This document shows, in pieces, positions 1 to 13,162 of a stretch of DNA of 64,000 bases (position 1 is the stretch's first letter; each line of letters starts with the position of its first letter). This stretch comes from Eledone cirrhosa (Eukaryota): NCBI GenBank assembly GCA_964016885.1, contig OZ024755.1, positions 16,120,001 to 16,184,000 on the forward strand, given 5' to 3'. A model generated the notes under the pieces. The model did no database searches. It saw nothing but the letters and a program-made list of their open reading frames with translations, and was not told the DNA's origin. A program made the translations under genes and the position numbers.

Positions 1-279
1 CCTGCAATTCTTGCACATAATTTAAATTTATCATATTAAAACAATCTTATGACCCAGACTTTGAGGGAACTTCAGATAAGATTCAAAACCAAAAATGAAA
101 TTCAATAAGAAAAAAGTTAGCTAAATTCAGTCTTGTATGTATTGTTGTTTATGATAAACTGTGTGGCTATGATAGTCTCAATTTTTGTTTTCTTAGCTAA
201 ACATAGCTCTTCTCTTTTTATTTGTAATTTTATGTTGACGGTTATGCCTTAATAAATATATATATACACACACACTCAA

Positions 280-398
280 ATACAAGATTTAATATAGAAA
301 TGGCTTCTACAGGACTAGAACTGATTCATTCGAAGGAATGATGATCGAATGAAACAGTTCTAGTCCTGTAGAAGCCATTTCTATATTAAATTTTGTAT
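280..398. repeat. Near-perfect hairpin (~53-bp arms, 11-nt loop)
   Basis: TTTAATATAGAAATGGCTTCTACAGGACTAGAACTG pairs with CAGTTCTAGTCCTGTAGAAGCCATTTCTATATTAAA. One arm recurs at ~4207-4254. Confidence 0.9.
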
Positions 399-1516
399 AT
401 ACTCCACTATGTATTGAGTACCTTACTTACCGTGGTTACCCCCGATTGAACAAAGGACAAATATACACACATATATAGAAAGAGAGATGGGTGGGGAGAG
501 CATACGAACAATCAGGCGTGAAACTCAAATGTTGATTTAAACTTTACACAAACAAATATATCACAAAAAGACGGTATTTGTGTGTGTAAGCTAGAGAGAG
601 AACCTGTTGATTTAAGTTTTTAAACTTAAACGAAGAGGTAGTGAAGGAGAGTGGTGGGGTGGTAATGTTTGTATGTTTGAGAGATGGGGAGAATGATAGA
701 GGCGGGGGGGAATAGAGAGAGTGAGAGGTAGAAAGGGGGGAATAGAGAGAGGGGAAGCGATAGAACAGGTCGCATGATTGACAAATAGAGAGAAAGTGAG
801 ATATAGAAAGAGAAGAAATGGAGAGAATGAGAGAGAGATATGAAGGGAGAGGGTAAGAAATAAAGAGAAATGGAGAGAATAAGAGAGGGTGAAAGATAGG
901 AAGAGGAAGGGAAACAGATAATTGTTTCTACTTTAGGCACAAGGCCAGCAATTACCCAGTGCATAGATAATGTGTGAGAGAAAGATTGGGGGAGTAAAGG
1001 TAAAAAATAAGCAGGTAGTGAGAATACAATTTAATTGATAAGAAACAACGTGGAGTGATAACTTTGTATGAAAACTACTGTTGGTAATAATATTTTATTA
1101 ATCTTTAATAGTTTGTATCATGTATTGATGATAGTGGTTGTAGTGGTGGTGTGTGTTAGTCTGTCTGTCTTTCTATCCATCTCTGTGCCTATCTGTTTGT
1201 CTCTGTCTACCTGCCTGCCTACCATTCTATATATGCGTACAGTATATATATATTTGTTTTTAATGTTGCTTAGACACAAGTCAACCCTGATTTCAACAGA
1301 CATGTTCAGATGCATTCCAACCACGACCATCCTGTCTTTTCCCCTGTGCAGAGAACAACCCTAGGTTACATTATCCAATATTCGCCTTATATTCTTTTCT
1401 TTTTTAAGACGGTGAAGTATGATTTAAGAGAATGTTGGCTGTTACTTTTAGCAGGTTGAGTGACCACGCAGAGGCTCTTTCGTTGACGAGTGTGTAATGT
1501 GTTTGTTTATGGTGTA

Positions 1517-1845
1517 CGCGTGGAAGCCCGTGACTTAGTGACTAGAGTGTTCAGTTCACGATCGTTAAGTCGTGAGTTCGATTTCCCAGCAGCGTGTTGT
1601 GTTCTTGGGCAGATACTTTATTTTACGTCGCTCCAATTTACTCAGCTGGCAAAAATGAGTTGTACATGTAATTCAAACGACCAATCTTGTCCATGCATTG
1701 TGTCACGCTGAATCTTGCTAAGAACTACGTCACAGGTACGCACTTGTATGTGGAATGCTCAGCCACTTGCACGTTAATTTCATGAACTAGCTGTTCCGTT
1801 GTTCAAACCACAAGAGCACTCCTCGTCGTGACCGACAAAGGCCCT
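1517..1845 (+). mobile_element. tRNA-derived SINE, family B
   Basis: A/B-box-like head (GTGACTTAGTG...GAGTTCGATT) plus TGTGTTCTTGGGCAGATACTT core. Related copies near 14725-14990, 19780-20010(-), 22370-22630(-), 30950-31050(-) and 51160-51420. Confidence 0.75.
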
Positions 1846-1981
1846 TACGTTCAATTCAAATGTACGTGTGTATATCTTACTTCATACGTTGAAATTGTGT
1901 GACAGAAGTGCGACGAAACGTCATGATACTTCATAACAAACGGTACAGTTAAGAATGTAGCATGTTTTATGTGTTCTTAAA

Positions 1982-2030
1982 ATGGTTTTAGATGACTTCC
2001 ACGACGTAATTATTTCTGTTTCAACACTAG
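1982..2030 (+). CDS. Candidate first coding exon of FRMD8 (MVLDDFHDVIISVSTL-)
   Basis: ATG at 1982, open frame, phase-1 donor G|GTAAAC at 2031. Phase-compatible with the acceptor at 11613, whose frame is open upstream of ATG 11639. No homology support. Confidence 0.35.
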
Positions 2031-3681
2031 GTAAACAAATACGACTCTAAATGATAGTTTGTGATTTAGGCACAAGTCCAACAATTTCTGGGAAGGAGGA
2101 AGTAGATTTTAATCAATTCCAGCGCATTACTGGTACTTTATTTTATTGTCTCCGTAAGGATGAAAAGCAAAGCTAACTTCGACAGGATTTGAACTCAGAA
2201 CGCGAAGGGCCGTAACTATATACCTCAAAGCAAGCTGTCCGATGCTCTTCCGATTACTGCTATTCTATCACCTTTTACAATTCTATATAATCAAGGTGTA
2301 TAAAAATATAATTAATTTAACAACACTGATAAAGGAATCGGCCGCACTTCACACCTTAGCCTCGCCATCACCCGTGGTAATGCTGCGAACGTGTTAGCTT
2401 GCCTCAAAGTATGTAGTAAACCCCTAAGGTGTGAGGTGCGGTCGATTGTCGCACTTGATGTATGCATATATATGCAGATATTTGTGTTCGCATATGTATT
2501 TAAGATTGTATGTATATGAACATGTATGTGTATGTATTGTCTGTGATTTGTTTACTTTTCAAAGAACCAGAGTTGGTTAAAAGGTCACAAGACTGTGTAC
2601 ATATAATTGCGTTCAGATTGGGGGAATACACAATTTGTTAAGTTTTATGCATGTTTATAATATATACACTGCAAACGTGTGTTTAATAATTGATTTATTT
2701 CGTTGTATTTGTGTGCGTTTATGTATGTATGTATACACACCCTTTACTATAGTGTATGTATATGCTTACACACCTACTCGCGCACACGCACATATATACT
2801 GTATATGTCTGGCAGATTGTGTGTGTGTGTGTGCATATATATAATCATCCTCATTATATATTCTTTCGACTTGTTTCAGTCATTAGACTGCTGCCATGCT
2901 GGAGCATGTCTTGAAAAAATTTAGGCTATCATATTGAGCCCAGTACTTATTTTATCGATATATTTTTGTCGAGCCTCTAAGTTACAAGACATTTTCAGTT
3001 GATATTAACACAAGCAAGGAAGTACTCACAAATTCACCCATAAATATGACCACACACACACTACAACTTCCTCCTAAGCATGATACTAATAAGACTGAGT
3101 ATTTGCATCTCTCTGTTTGCCTTGTCATTTCTTGAAGTATATGTGTATGTATATATATATATATATATTTATTAAAATAGTCTTCAAATTTATTATTATT
3201 ACTATATATACATATATATATATATAGTGTATAAACACACACACACACACACACACACACATTAAAACACAACAGAAGACTGGACTGAAAACTTTCTTTA
3301 AAATTTGAATTTCGCGAAAACATATATATGTATGTATGTATTGTGTGTATATATAAAAATACATAAATACAATCATTAACTGAATGAGTACTCAATGCAT
3401 ATATAAATAATGTATTGAATTTATTTTTACAAGGAAAAAAGTTGACTGGCTATTAATTCAAAGAAAGCATACTATTTGTCAAGCATATCAACAGGCAAGT
3501 TCAGCCACCACCATGAAAGATTTAACTGTGTTTACAAGAAATTCTGACCAATCCTTTTGACAACTACAACCTTCAGAAATGCATGATTATCGCATGACCA
3601 TATATGGAATTACTCCTTGAAAAGTTTGGCTATTTATTACCATGCTAAAAATATATATATATATTTATATTATGCTTACTT

Positions 3682-3734
3682 GTCTTGTCTGATGATCCTG
3701 TGAGTGCACAGGTGAAACTCCAGAGTAACAAGGC
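3682..3734 (+). ncRNA. Type I hammerhead ribozyme fold
   Basis: GTCTTGT-CTGATGA-T CCTGTG agtg CACAGG T-GAAA-CTC ca GAG-TA-ACAAGGC: 7-bp stem I, 6-bp stem II, short stem III, GUA cleavage triplet. Confidence 0.8.
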
Positions 3735-4624
3735 TCACCACTTAGCCATTAAATGAATATATATGTGTGTGTGTGTGTGTATGCAAAATAAAGCAAACAA
3801 CACAGTACAATGAAGAAATATATTAGTTTAACACTTGATATGGTAGGAAAAGAGTCTTTACGTTTCAGACACCAGTCCTTCATTGGAAGATAGAATGAGA
3901 AATAATAAATGAAAGAGAGTGAGAAGAGGAGAAAATGGATAAAATTTTAAAGAAAAAAAATATACATACATACAATAACATCATTATCATTTAACATTTA
4001 TATTTAGAATAGTTGAGCAGGTTACAAATTTTGAATTTATGCTAACTATGTAAAATAGTCTAAGTTTGGTGTATAAATCCCTAGTGACAGAAACAATTGG
4101 GCAGTGAAACCTGTGGGATTCGAACTAACACTTTCCATATAATGTGTGATTGTATTACCATTACATCAAAGCTGAGGTTGACGAAAGAAATCATCTGATT
4201 TCTTTTGAATGAAACAGTCCTAGTCCTGTAGAAGCCATTTCTATATTAAACTTGATGTTTACACTCTACTAATGTATTGAGCATCTTACTAACTGATGTA
4301 TTGAGCATCTTACTAACTGATTGAACCCAGGACTCACATATATACATGTGTGTATGTATGTATGTATATGTATATATATATATATATAATTAAGGCCAAG
4401 TCAATTGCAGCTTCAGTGTGATACTTGATATATATGTGTGCGTGTGCATGTATGTGTGCACACGTGTGTGTATGTGTGCATGCATGCACACACACACGTG
4501 CGTGTGTGTGTGTACTAGCATGGAAAATGGACATTAAATGATATATGTGTGTGTGTATGTGTATATATATATATATATATGTATTATTGTCATCATTTAA
4601 CTTTCCCTGCTAGCAAGGGTTGGG

Positions 4625-4662
<38 letters not shown>

Positions 4663-6104
4663 TGTGTGTGTGTATATATATAAATATATATATACACACA
4701 CATCCTAAGAGTTGGCACTGCTCCACTATTAAGGGGAGATAAATCACTTAGTATAAGACCCCCTACTAACTGTCAACTGACTGCGATTTAACACCTATTG
4801 TGTGTCATTTCAATGAATTTCTGTACTTGGAAACAACTAGTAGTTCACAGTGACACAACAAAATAACTGCAGTGTCAGAGAACTTGAAACTTATATAACC
4901 AATGAAAGAGTATCTCGACTGTGATTCAACATGCTAGAAATAGACACATCTCATTGAGGCAGCTTGTATTAAGCTCTCATCATCATCATTATTTAACATC
5001 CGTTTTTTCCCCTACAAGTAAGGGTTGGATGGATTTTCACAAACCAAATCAATACTGAAGCAAGTCTACTGACATTCCCAGACAGGTCAGGAGTTTGTAG
5101 CTTGCTTATATTCAGTGTATTTTATTGGGACTCCAGCTCCAGGGAGGTTTTCATGTCTTTGACACAATTAAAGGGACTTTCCAATCCTTTGTTTGCCAAG
5201 TGTTCTACAGGTTGAGGCTCTTCCTATCACCAACATCATCATTTTAATGTCCGCTTTCTCTTCTAGCAAGTGTTGGACGGGTCTATATAGACTGTCATTG
5301 CTGAAATGGGGCTACTGATCAAGACAGATCAGGGATCTGTATCTCGCTTATATATGGTCTCACATTTTACCGAATGCATAGGAGTTTGTCATGCAAGCTT
5401 TCTACAGCATGAGGCCGTTCCTATCACAAACTGTTTTACTCTGTATACAGGGTGCTTTTACTGTACAGATCACCAACACTACGGAGATTGTCATGTCCTT
5501 GATACAACTAAAGGGGCCTTCCAACCCTTTGTTCGGCAAGCTTTCTATGGCAGGAGACCCTTCCTATCACCAACATATTTTAAAAATTCAATCTTTGCTC
5601 ACTTCTTTGTGAATATGATGTAGGCTTTGTTTACTGTTAGATATATATAAACTTCTCAATAGTAACCTAACTATCTTGAGTTTATTGTATTTAATCTGAC
5701 CCAACACACCATCACCACCTCCTCTCTCTTGTCTCCTCACTCTCTAGTGTTTATATTTGTTTATCAATACCTGGCATATTTATCTCACTGATTATGTATT
5801 GGCCTTTGTTGGTAGGTATGTGTACCCATGTATATGTATGTCTCTGTCTTTCTGTGTGTGTGTGTACTAAAACATATACATTTCATGTTACACATATATA
5901 TTGGAATCAATTGACAAGATCCCAGAAATCACTTGCTTACTGAGTGGGGTGAAACTCATCAAATCGGATCAAGGAAACAATGTTTCCATTGCTGTGTTAT
6001 TCATAGAGACATATTTGGCCAGAAGACAGGCAGCACTCTATGACCATTTTCTGGGCCTCTGATACTGGCAGAAAGAACATTATCCTGAGACTAAATCTGG
6101 TTTC

Positions 6105-6247
6105 AGCACTACCACCTTACAGGGTGGACTGGGTGCTTTTTGTCATGGCACCAACACTATCACCTTACAAGGTGGACTGGGTGCTTTTTGTCATGGCACC
6201 AGCATTACCACCTTATAGGGTGGACTGGGTACTTATTGTCATGGCAC
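6105..6247. repeat. 48-bp tandem repeat, 3 copies
   Basis: CACCTTACA.GGTGGACTGGGTGCTTTTTGTCATGGCACC repeated. Confidence 0.85.
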
Positions 6248-7491
6248 ATTCACCTAGGTGCAAGGATATACATTTTATTTAGTCTTCTGTGTATAATATG
6301 GAAAGTAGGAAACTTTTATGTAGTCATACTATCTACTAAAAATAGCTGTCAAATCTTCCAGAAAATCCACTCTTTTAAAAAAAAAAAAAAACTAAACAAG
6401 AAAGGCCTCAGATTTTAGATATTGTCTGAAAAAAATAATCGATAGTCACACCTGGAACACTTGTAATCAATCAGAGTTGTCGCAGTGTTAAACAACAATA
6501 AAATATACTGACACTGTTTCATGTCTACAAATATTTATATGATTGCGTCAGCATATTCAGCTATTGTATATATTTAAATCTAGTGTGTCCTATCTAAGTA
6601 TAACTTGACCCAATATTGATATCAATATCTATCTTGTATTTCCCCAAGCAACCTATGAGTCATGGTTTAACTACTATCAAACTGATTACAATAGTCATTG
6701 GTGCATCCTTTCTTCCTTTCATTAAGTCATACACATCATCATCATCATCATCGTTGTTGTCATTGTTTAACGTCCGTTTTTCCTTTTCTCTACTAGGAAG
6801 AGTTGGACATATATCATAACAGACAGGTTAGTACTCAAGCAGAGCCTCTGAACTTTGGGTAGGCTCAAGGTCCAACATATATTCCCAATTCGGTGCTCTA
6901 TTGAATGTATTTTATTGTGGCACCAACACTAGGGAAAAAGGAAGGAAAAAAACTCTTATGTATACAAATAAATACTTGAAGCCTGCCTTGGGGTCCCTCT
7001 TCCACTGCTGCCTAGCATATGTCCATGTATTAGTCCTCACCAGTTTCAAATACTTGGAGTCCATCTTTCGTCTGCTGCTTGGCACATGTCCACATATTAC
7101 AGTGCTCGCCAGTCTCAGATACTTGGGGTGTCTCACTACATATCCAAAATACTACAGTTTGCAATCTTATCCTATGTTAAATGTAATACCACATCAAGTT
7201 TTAAAATGTGTGGTAATACTGCTGCGTGTTAAATGTAATACCACATCAAGTTTGAGAAATGTGTGGTAATACTGCTGCATGTTTAAATAAGCCACTATCT
7301 CTTCCAATAAGTGTGTGAGTAGGAAGATATCTTTCCATGATTAATTGTAACAACACAAAAAGACACCTACCATTTACCTGACAACAATAACACCTACAAC
7401 AAAAACAATAATAATTAGTTCCTGTTAAAATAAATATAATTTTCTGATTCATGTTTTTTATCTATAAATATGAATCATTTACCTCTCTCTC

Positions 7492-7579
<88 letters not shown>

Positions 7580-7637
7580 CGAGACCGTCTAACCCATGCT
7601 AGCGTGGAAAATGGACGTTAAACGAAGATGATGATGA

Positions 7638-8010
7638 TGAGGGCAATCCCTAAAGTAAGGTCTCCTTCCGATATTGCAACTTTTCCGTTAAAATCCTGTG
7701 GATGGTGCTTCGGGAAACCTCAGGAACCAAAATGCAGAGAGCATCCAGAGTGATCCGCCGATCTTTACACAGGTTTTCCTTGGAAGGAGACCTTACTTTG
7801 GGGATTGCCCTCTATATAATAACTGCGCAAAATTCGCACTTGGCGGTAGCGTTCAACGGGAGCTCCATTCTCAACGGCTGCCAAGCCAAGATTGAGCATC
7901 CCAGCGAAGCGTGTGCATGCTTGAAGGAAGCACCAATCACAACAGTGTTGCCAACAGTTTCTTTGCGTCCCCCATCGCTTTGGAGACCTTACTTTTGGGA
8001 TTACCCTCGT
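7638..8010. mobile_element. Mariner-like non-autonomous element
   Basis: TIR GAGGGCAATCCCTAAAGTAAGGTCTCC with inverted copies at ~7787-7813 and ~7982-8009, the last followed by TA. Confidence 0.7.
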
Positions 8011-8045
8011 ATATATATATATATATATGCATATATATATATATA

Positions 8046-8127
8046 TATTGGGTTGTAACATAAATTTCCGCCGTTGTTATAAAACTTCTTAATAAAAGCG
8101 GCGGGAATTTATGTTGCAACCCAATAT
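8046..8127. mobile_element. Tc1/mariner-type MITE
   Basis: TATTGGGTTGTAACATAAATTTCCGCCG...CGGCGGGAATTTATGTTGCAACCCAATA inside (TA)n. Confidence 0.75.
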
Positions 8128-8136
8128 ATATATATA

Positions 8137-9235
8137 TCTATATATTAATTTGAAGAACGTCAGTATTCCGTGTGTCATAATTCTCGATTATCATTGGTTC
8201 ATAGGTTTCAAACGACTCCGCCCACCTCAACGACGCCAAACTTAAATTAATACGCATAATGCCAATGAGGGAGTGAGAGGGGAGAGTAAGAAACAGAGAG
8301 GCAAAGTGAACGCTGTAACTATTACCATGTGTGTGTGTGTATGTATGTTTGTGTGTGCGCGTGCAGCGTTCCACAGAAAGTAAAAACTATCATGTGTGAG
8401 TGTGTAAGTGCACAGGTGCGTGTGTAAGTTTGCGTGCGTGTGCGCATTTCCATGCGTGTATGTGTGTGTACATGGGGCATTCCACAATCGCCACGTAGTT
8501 TATCTGTCTGTGTGCCTGTCTGTCAGTCTAACATACACAGAGTTGTGAAGGGAGTAAATAGGGACCGTTTTTTACATTGACGGACATCTTTTATATTTAT
8601 TATTGTGTCATTTTTTGACAATTGCTCGAAATGAATACTGATAATAAAAGCAATTTGACTTCATCAAACAGTGAACTACAGTGGCCACGGCGTGCAGCCA
8701 GCAATGAAGAAAAACGGGCCAAACAGCGCCATCGGAACGCTGAACTTCAGAGGCAAGACATGCCGCCATGAATGAAGAGGAGCTGGCTGAACAACAGCAA
8801 CGAAACACTGGAGCTAAGCAGCGACGGGGTGCTGTGATGGTTGAAGACGAATTGGCTGAGCATCATCTTTTATATTAATTATCTATATCTATATATAATA
8901 TAAAAGATTGGAATTTCCATCATCCTTTTGAGAAACGTGGAACAACCACGTCTATGCAATGATACACGTTTTACAGTCAGGCAGAAGATGAACCATCTCT
9001 TAGAGATCACTATTTTAGGTGGGAGCACCTAGAATTGTTCATATACTATGCACAAACGGTACAACGAAGAATCTGGTATATCTAGAAGATTTTTTTTTAC
9101 TGTTTTCTGTATAACACAGACACCACGGACTCGCCTCATACTGTAACCAGACAAACATCCAATACAGTCATTTTCTCTTTTACCTGTCTTCTCTTATCAT
9201 CTGTTTACCCGGGCGAAGCTGGGTACGTCAGCTAG
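8137..9235 (+). mobile_element. Non-autonomous Helitron(s)
   Basis: A|TCTATATAT starts at 8137 and ~8888; 3' hairpin TACCCGGGCGAAGCTGGGTA then CTAG|T at 9232-9236; decayed R/E/Q/A-rich coding repeats at 8680-8860. Confidence 0.65.
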
Positions 9236-9361
9236 TATATGTAAAAGGTAAACAGAAATAACAACACAATCGGTACAGTATATGGAAGGTATATATTAGG
9301 TTAACGCTTGATATAGCAGGAAGAGGATCTTATATATATATATATGTATATACACACACAC

Positions 9362-9660
9362 ACAGTGTATCCCTCCAGCATTCGCAGAATTTTCCATAGA
9401 ACATAACTAATAATTGTTTGTGGAAACCACCACATATTCACGGAATTGTGAATATCTTCCGCGGGTTTTTAATGACCTTTTTTGTGGCAATATATACTTT
9501 TTTTTCACGCTTTTAAACACTAAATTATTAATAACAATATACCGTATTTTACATTGTTTTGACGTTTATAGGAATTTTTATGGACCACATCCAATATTCA
9601 TGGTTTTTCACTCTTCGCGGGTGCTCAATGAACGTAAACCCCGCGAATACCAGAGTACTA
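9362..9660. mobile_element. pogo/Tigger-like MITE (decayed)
   Basis: CAGTGTATCCCTCCAGCATTCGC...GCGAATACCAGAGTACT imperfect terminal inverted repeats. Confidence 0.45.
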
Positions 9661-10117
9661 GGACCTTGGAAGGTGAAAGTCCTGCTAACGGTCCCACACA
9701 GTGGGACTGAACCGGACAGTATGTAGTTTAGAAAGAAACACCTTAATCACACAGCTAGCCAAGCCTATATTTATTTACTTATTTTTGTTTGTTTATTTAC
9801 TTCAATGTTTGTTTCTCTCTCAGAAAGATACCTTACTCTCTAGTAATACTCTGTAATTAACATACCTGTGGAAATAATCATAGATTATGTTCTATATGGG
9901 TGTCAAAATATTTCAGGTGGATGAATATATATGAAATGCATTACTTATTTGTTTACTAAGATGAATATATATATATGCACAACGGTCATCTGAAAAGTTC
10001 ACAGGCTGACCAAGATATTCTCATGGAACGACCAAATGAGGTTTATTTTTCAACATAGTCCCTGGAAAGAAACAATGTAGTTATTAATAAGAAGAGTTGA
10101 AATTAATTGTTTCAACT

Positions 10118-10290
10118 ATTGGCACAAGGCCAGCAATTACTCAGTACATTACTGGTACTTTATTTTATCGACCCCGTAAGGATGAAAGGCAAAGTTAACC
10201 TCGGCGGGATTTGAACTCAGAATGGCAAGGGCTGTAACTCTATGGGTCAAAGCATGGTGTCCAACCCTCTACCGATACTGCCAATTCACC
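10118..10290 (-). mobile_element. SINE family A copy
   Basis: Reverse complement of the 26671-26858 element. Confidence 0.85.
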
Positions 10291-11612
10291 AATGCATGCA
10301 AGATTTCACAGCCCTAACATCACTCCTTTATAGACAGCCTATGAACTTTTCAGATGAATATATGTCTGTGTATATTATTCATTGTTCCATAGTAGTTTTA
10401 ATTTTGATAGGACACATGGGGTAGTAGGAGGTTTTTTTCTCATTATTGTTGGGTGGGAGCTTAACTTTCTAAGAAAACCATATTGTGTCTAGCACTTGTG
10501 TTCTGCATGCTAAACAGTGTAAATACATCCTCATAAAATCTGGGTCAGTAAGTATTATTTTTATTGTTTGTGTTGTTAGTCATGGTTGTAAGGTGGCAAA
10601 TTGGCAGAGTTGTTAGAGCATAGGATAGAATGCTTTGTGGTATTCCTTTTGGCTCTCTGAGTTAAAATGTTGCTAATGTCAACTTTGCCTTTCATCGATT
10701 CAAGGTCGGAAAAAAGTACGTCTTGTACTAGGGCTGATTTTTCCTTTATATATCTTTCTCACTTCCATTCTCTCACTCTGTATCTTTCTCTGGAAGAAAT
10801 CTGCTGTATTCAGACCTGGAGAAGAATTGGGCTCTGCCAGGTTTAAAATAATGCCCTAGAAACACTGTATGTCAATACAGCACCCCTATGACTCCCTCAG
10901 GCATTATGAGACCATAAAAACAAAAAGAAATCATGGCTGGAATGTTCTCTAATGTCTGCTTTAATTCCAGTTGATTAATTTTGGGTTTCTTTGTGTATGT
11001 TGTTCATACTTGCTTAGTGTTGATCATGTAATTGTATGTTGCAGTTTGTTGTTGTAAATCTTATGCTGTACACAGCTCAGATATTATGTATCAATCTTAT
11101 GCTGTACACAGCTACAGGTATTGTGTGTAAATCTTATACTGTACACAGCTACAGGTATTCTGTGTGGTTAAGAAGTTTGCTCGTACTTACTTACTTACAT
11201 GGCACCTGTTTATTTTAGAATGTTTATATTTACTTTAAAATTTTCCATTATTATTTTATGCTAGAGCAGGGTGATGGATTGGCAGAATTAGTAGAGTGTC
11301 GGACAAAAAGACAAAATACTTTGTGGTATTTAGTTACAACTTTCTATGTTCTAATTTCAAATCCTGTAATTTCAGTGTGAGGAGGGGAATGAAAGTCAAT
11401 TACAACAACCCCCAGTACTTGGCTGGTGTTTTATTTTATCGGCCTCGGAAGGATGAAAGGCAAAGTTGACTTCATCCGGATTTGAAATCAGAATGTAAAG
11501 AGCTGAAACAAATATTACAAAGTATTTTCTCTGATGCTCTACCAGTTCTGCCAATCCAATTCCCTAACAACAAGAGTGACATGTTTTGTTTTTTTTCCTT
11601 TTTTTCTTCTAG

Positions 11613-11669
11613 CTGGTCTGTCAGATAGTTCTGGTGCAATGGCAATCACTTCAGGAGGGTCATCACAAA
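11613..11669 (+). CDS. FRMD8: FRMD8 N-terminal exon (GLSDSSGAMAITSGGSSQ)
   Basis: Long polypyrimidine tract plus AG at 11611-12, ATG at 11639, donor A|GTGAGT. Phase 1 joins the next exon in frame (AGG, Arg). Confidence 0.7.
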
Positions 11670-12261
11670 GTGAGTTTAGCATTCTTTCTTTCTTTCTTCA
11701 GAGGGTAGTTACGGGAACAGTCCTCATACACACCTTCCACTGGGTCCCATCAGAAGTAACCATTTCCAAATAACCCAGCTGGATCCCCAAGCGAGACTGA
11801 CTGAGATTATGGATCTTATCCAACTGTCTTGCTCATGGTCCACCTGGCTTTACCCATAAATTCTTTAGACATTCTAACCATATGTTGTTCTTACTTTGCA
11901 TTTAAGGTAACATGTCTATGTAAAATTTATAATAGCTTTGAAAATCAGATATTTCTATAGACATAAATAAAGTGGCTTGCTGCCACTATGACGAATTGAA
12001 CACTGTATTCCAGCATTTCAGAGGTATGGTGTTCAATACTTCTGTCTATAGGGGTATTTTACCTGATTTACTCAGCTATTGTTTAGAGCAATCAACTGTA
12101 GTTACAGCTATTTTCTGTCTTTGACATTTCTATATTTTCCATATGACAATACAATTTCATTTACTAAATTAATGACTAGTTCTGTTTCTTTCTCTTAGAA
12201 TTCATCTAAAATATCTTCTTTATTTTCAAAAATACTTTCATGAGACTAGATGTCATTTCAG

Positions 12262-12432
12262 GGGCTCTTAAGCTCTGTATTTATCTCAGAGATCAAACTG
12301 TCATCCCTCTCAAACTAAATAATGGTCAACAAGCACAGACTGATGATCTCTTCAGGATTGTCCAAGAAGAACAGGGACTTCCGCCAGAAGCTGTGAATAT
12401 TTTTTCTTTGTGGTTGGTGTCCCCATTGCTTG
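12262..12432 (+). CDS. FRMD8: FRMD8 exon, start of FERM domain (ALKLCIYLRDQTVIPL...IFSLWLVSPLL)
   Basis: TTTCAG acceptor, G|GTAAGT donor. FSLWLVSPLLE matches the recalled FRMD8 motif FALWLVSPLLEVQLKP. Confidence 0.93.
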
Positions 12433-12494
12433 GTAAGTGTCTGAGTGTTTTCCTATTTTCTTATTATTTCATGTCAAATCTCTGTTTGTAGCTT

Positions 12495-12800
12495 TATAGG
12501 CCTCCATAGTTTTATGTTATTTAATACTAATAAGCCTCCATAACTGTATATCATCACTGATAGGCCTCTATAGTTGTATGTCATTTAATGCTGATAGGCT
12601 TCCATAGTCATGTGCCTTTTAATATTGATAGGCCCCCATAGCTGTTTGTCATGTCATTTAACACTGATAGGCCTCCATAGCTGAATGTCATGCAATTCAG
12701 CACTCATAGGCCTCCATAGCTGTATGTTGTTCATCACTTACAGACCTTCATAGCTGTATGTTATGTCATTCCGCGCTCTTAGGCCTCCATAACTATGTTA
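12495..12800. repeat. ~35-42-bp diverged intronic minisatellite
   Basis: ATAGGCCTCCATAG core repeated about 8 times. Confidence 0.75.
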
Positions 12801-12913
12801 TTCAGTATTTTTCAAACTTCTAATTTTGGTAAAATTTTCAATTTATTAATTTATTTTTAAAATTTTCATATATTTATATATATATATAATTATTTCTATT
12901 TTACTTCCTTTAG

Positions 12914-13015
12914 AACTTCGCTTAAAGAAAAATCACCGTCCTTACTACCTTGTTCAACAATGGCAAGAACTGTGTTCTATGTATACTGACCAGAAGATGG
13001 AATATAAATTCAAAG
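12914..13015 (+). CDS. FRMD8: FRMD8 exon (ELRLKKNHRPYYLVQQWQELCSMYTDQKMEYKFK)
   Basis: TTTAG acceptor, G|GTTAGG donor, phases 1/1. Resembles [21 protein letters not shown]. Missed by the ORF track. Confidence 0.92.
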
Positions 13016-13126
13016 GTTAGGTTTCATTGTCTATTTGTTTACTGGTTTATCTATATATGTTATTTATTTGTTGTGTGATATTTTCAAACTCTATATTGCC
13101 TCTATGCAATCACCAATACTGTTTTC

Positions 13127-13162
<36 letters not shown>

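Noticed and set aside
1517-1600. tRNA gene
   Set aside because: A/B boxes belong to a SINE head; no cloverleaf.
12199-12261. Alternative FRMD8 acceptor at 12198 or start at ATG 12240
   Set aside because: The 12198 acceptor gives an in-frame TAA; the acceptor at 12261 joins the upstream exon in frame.
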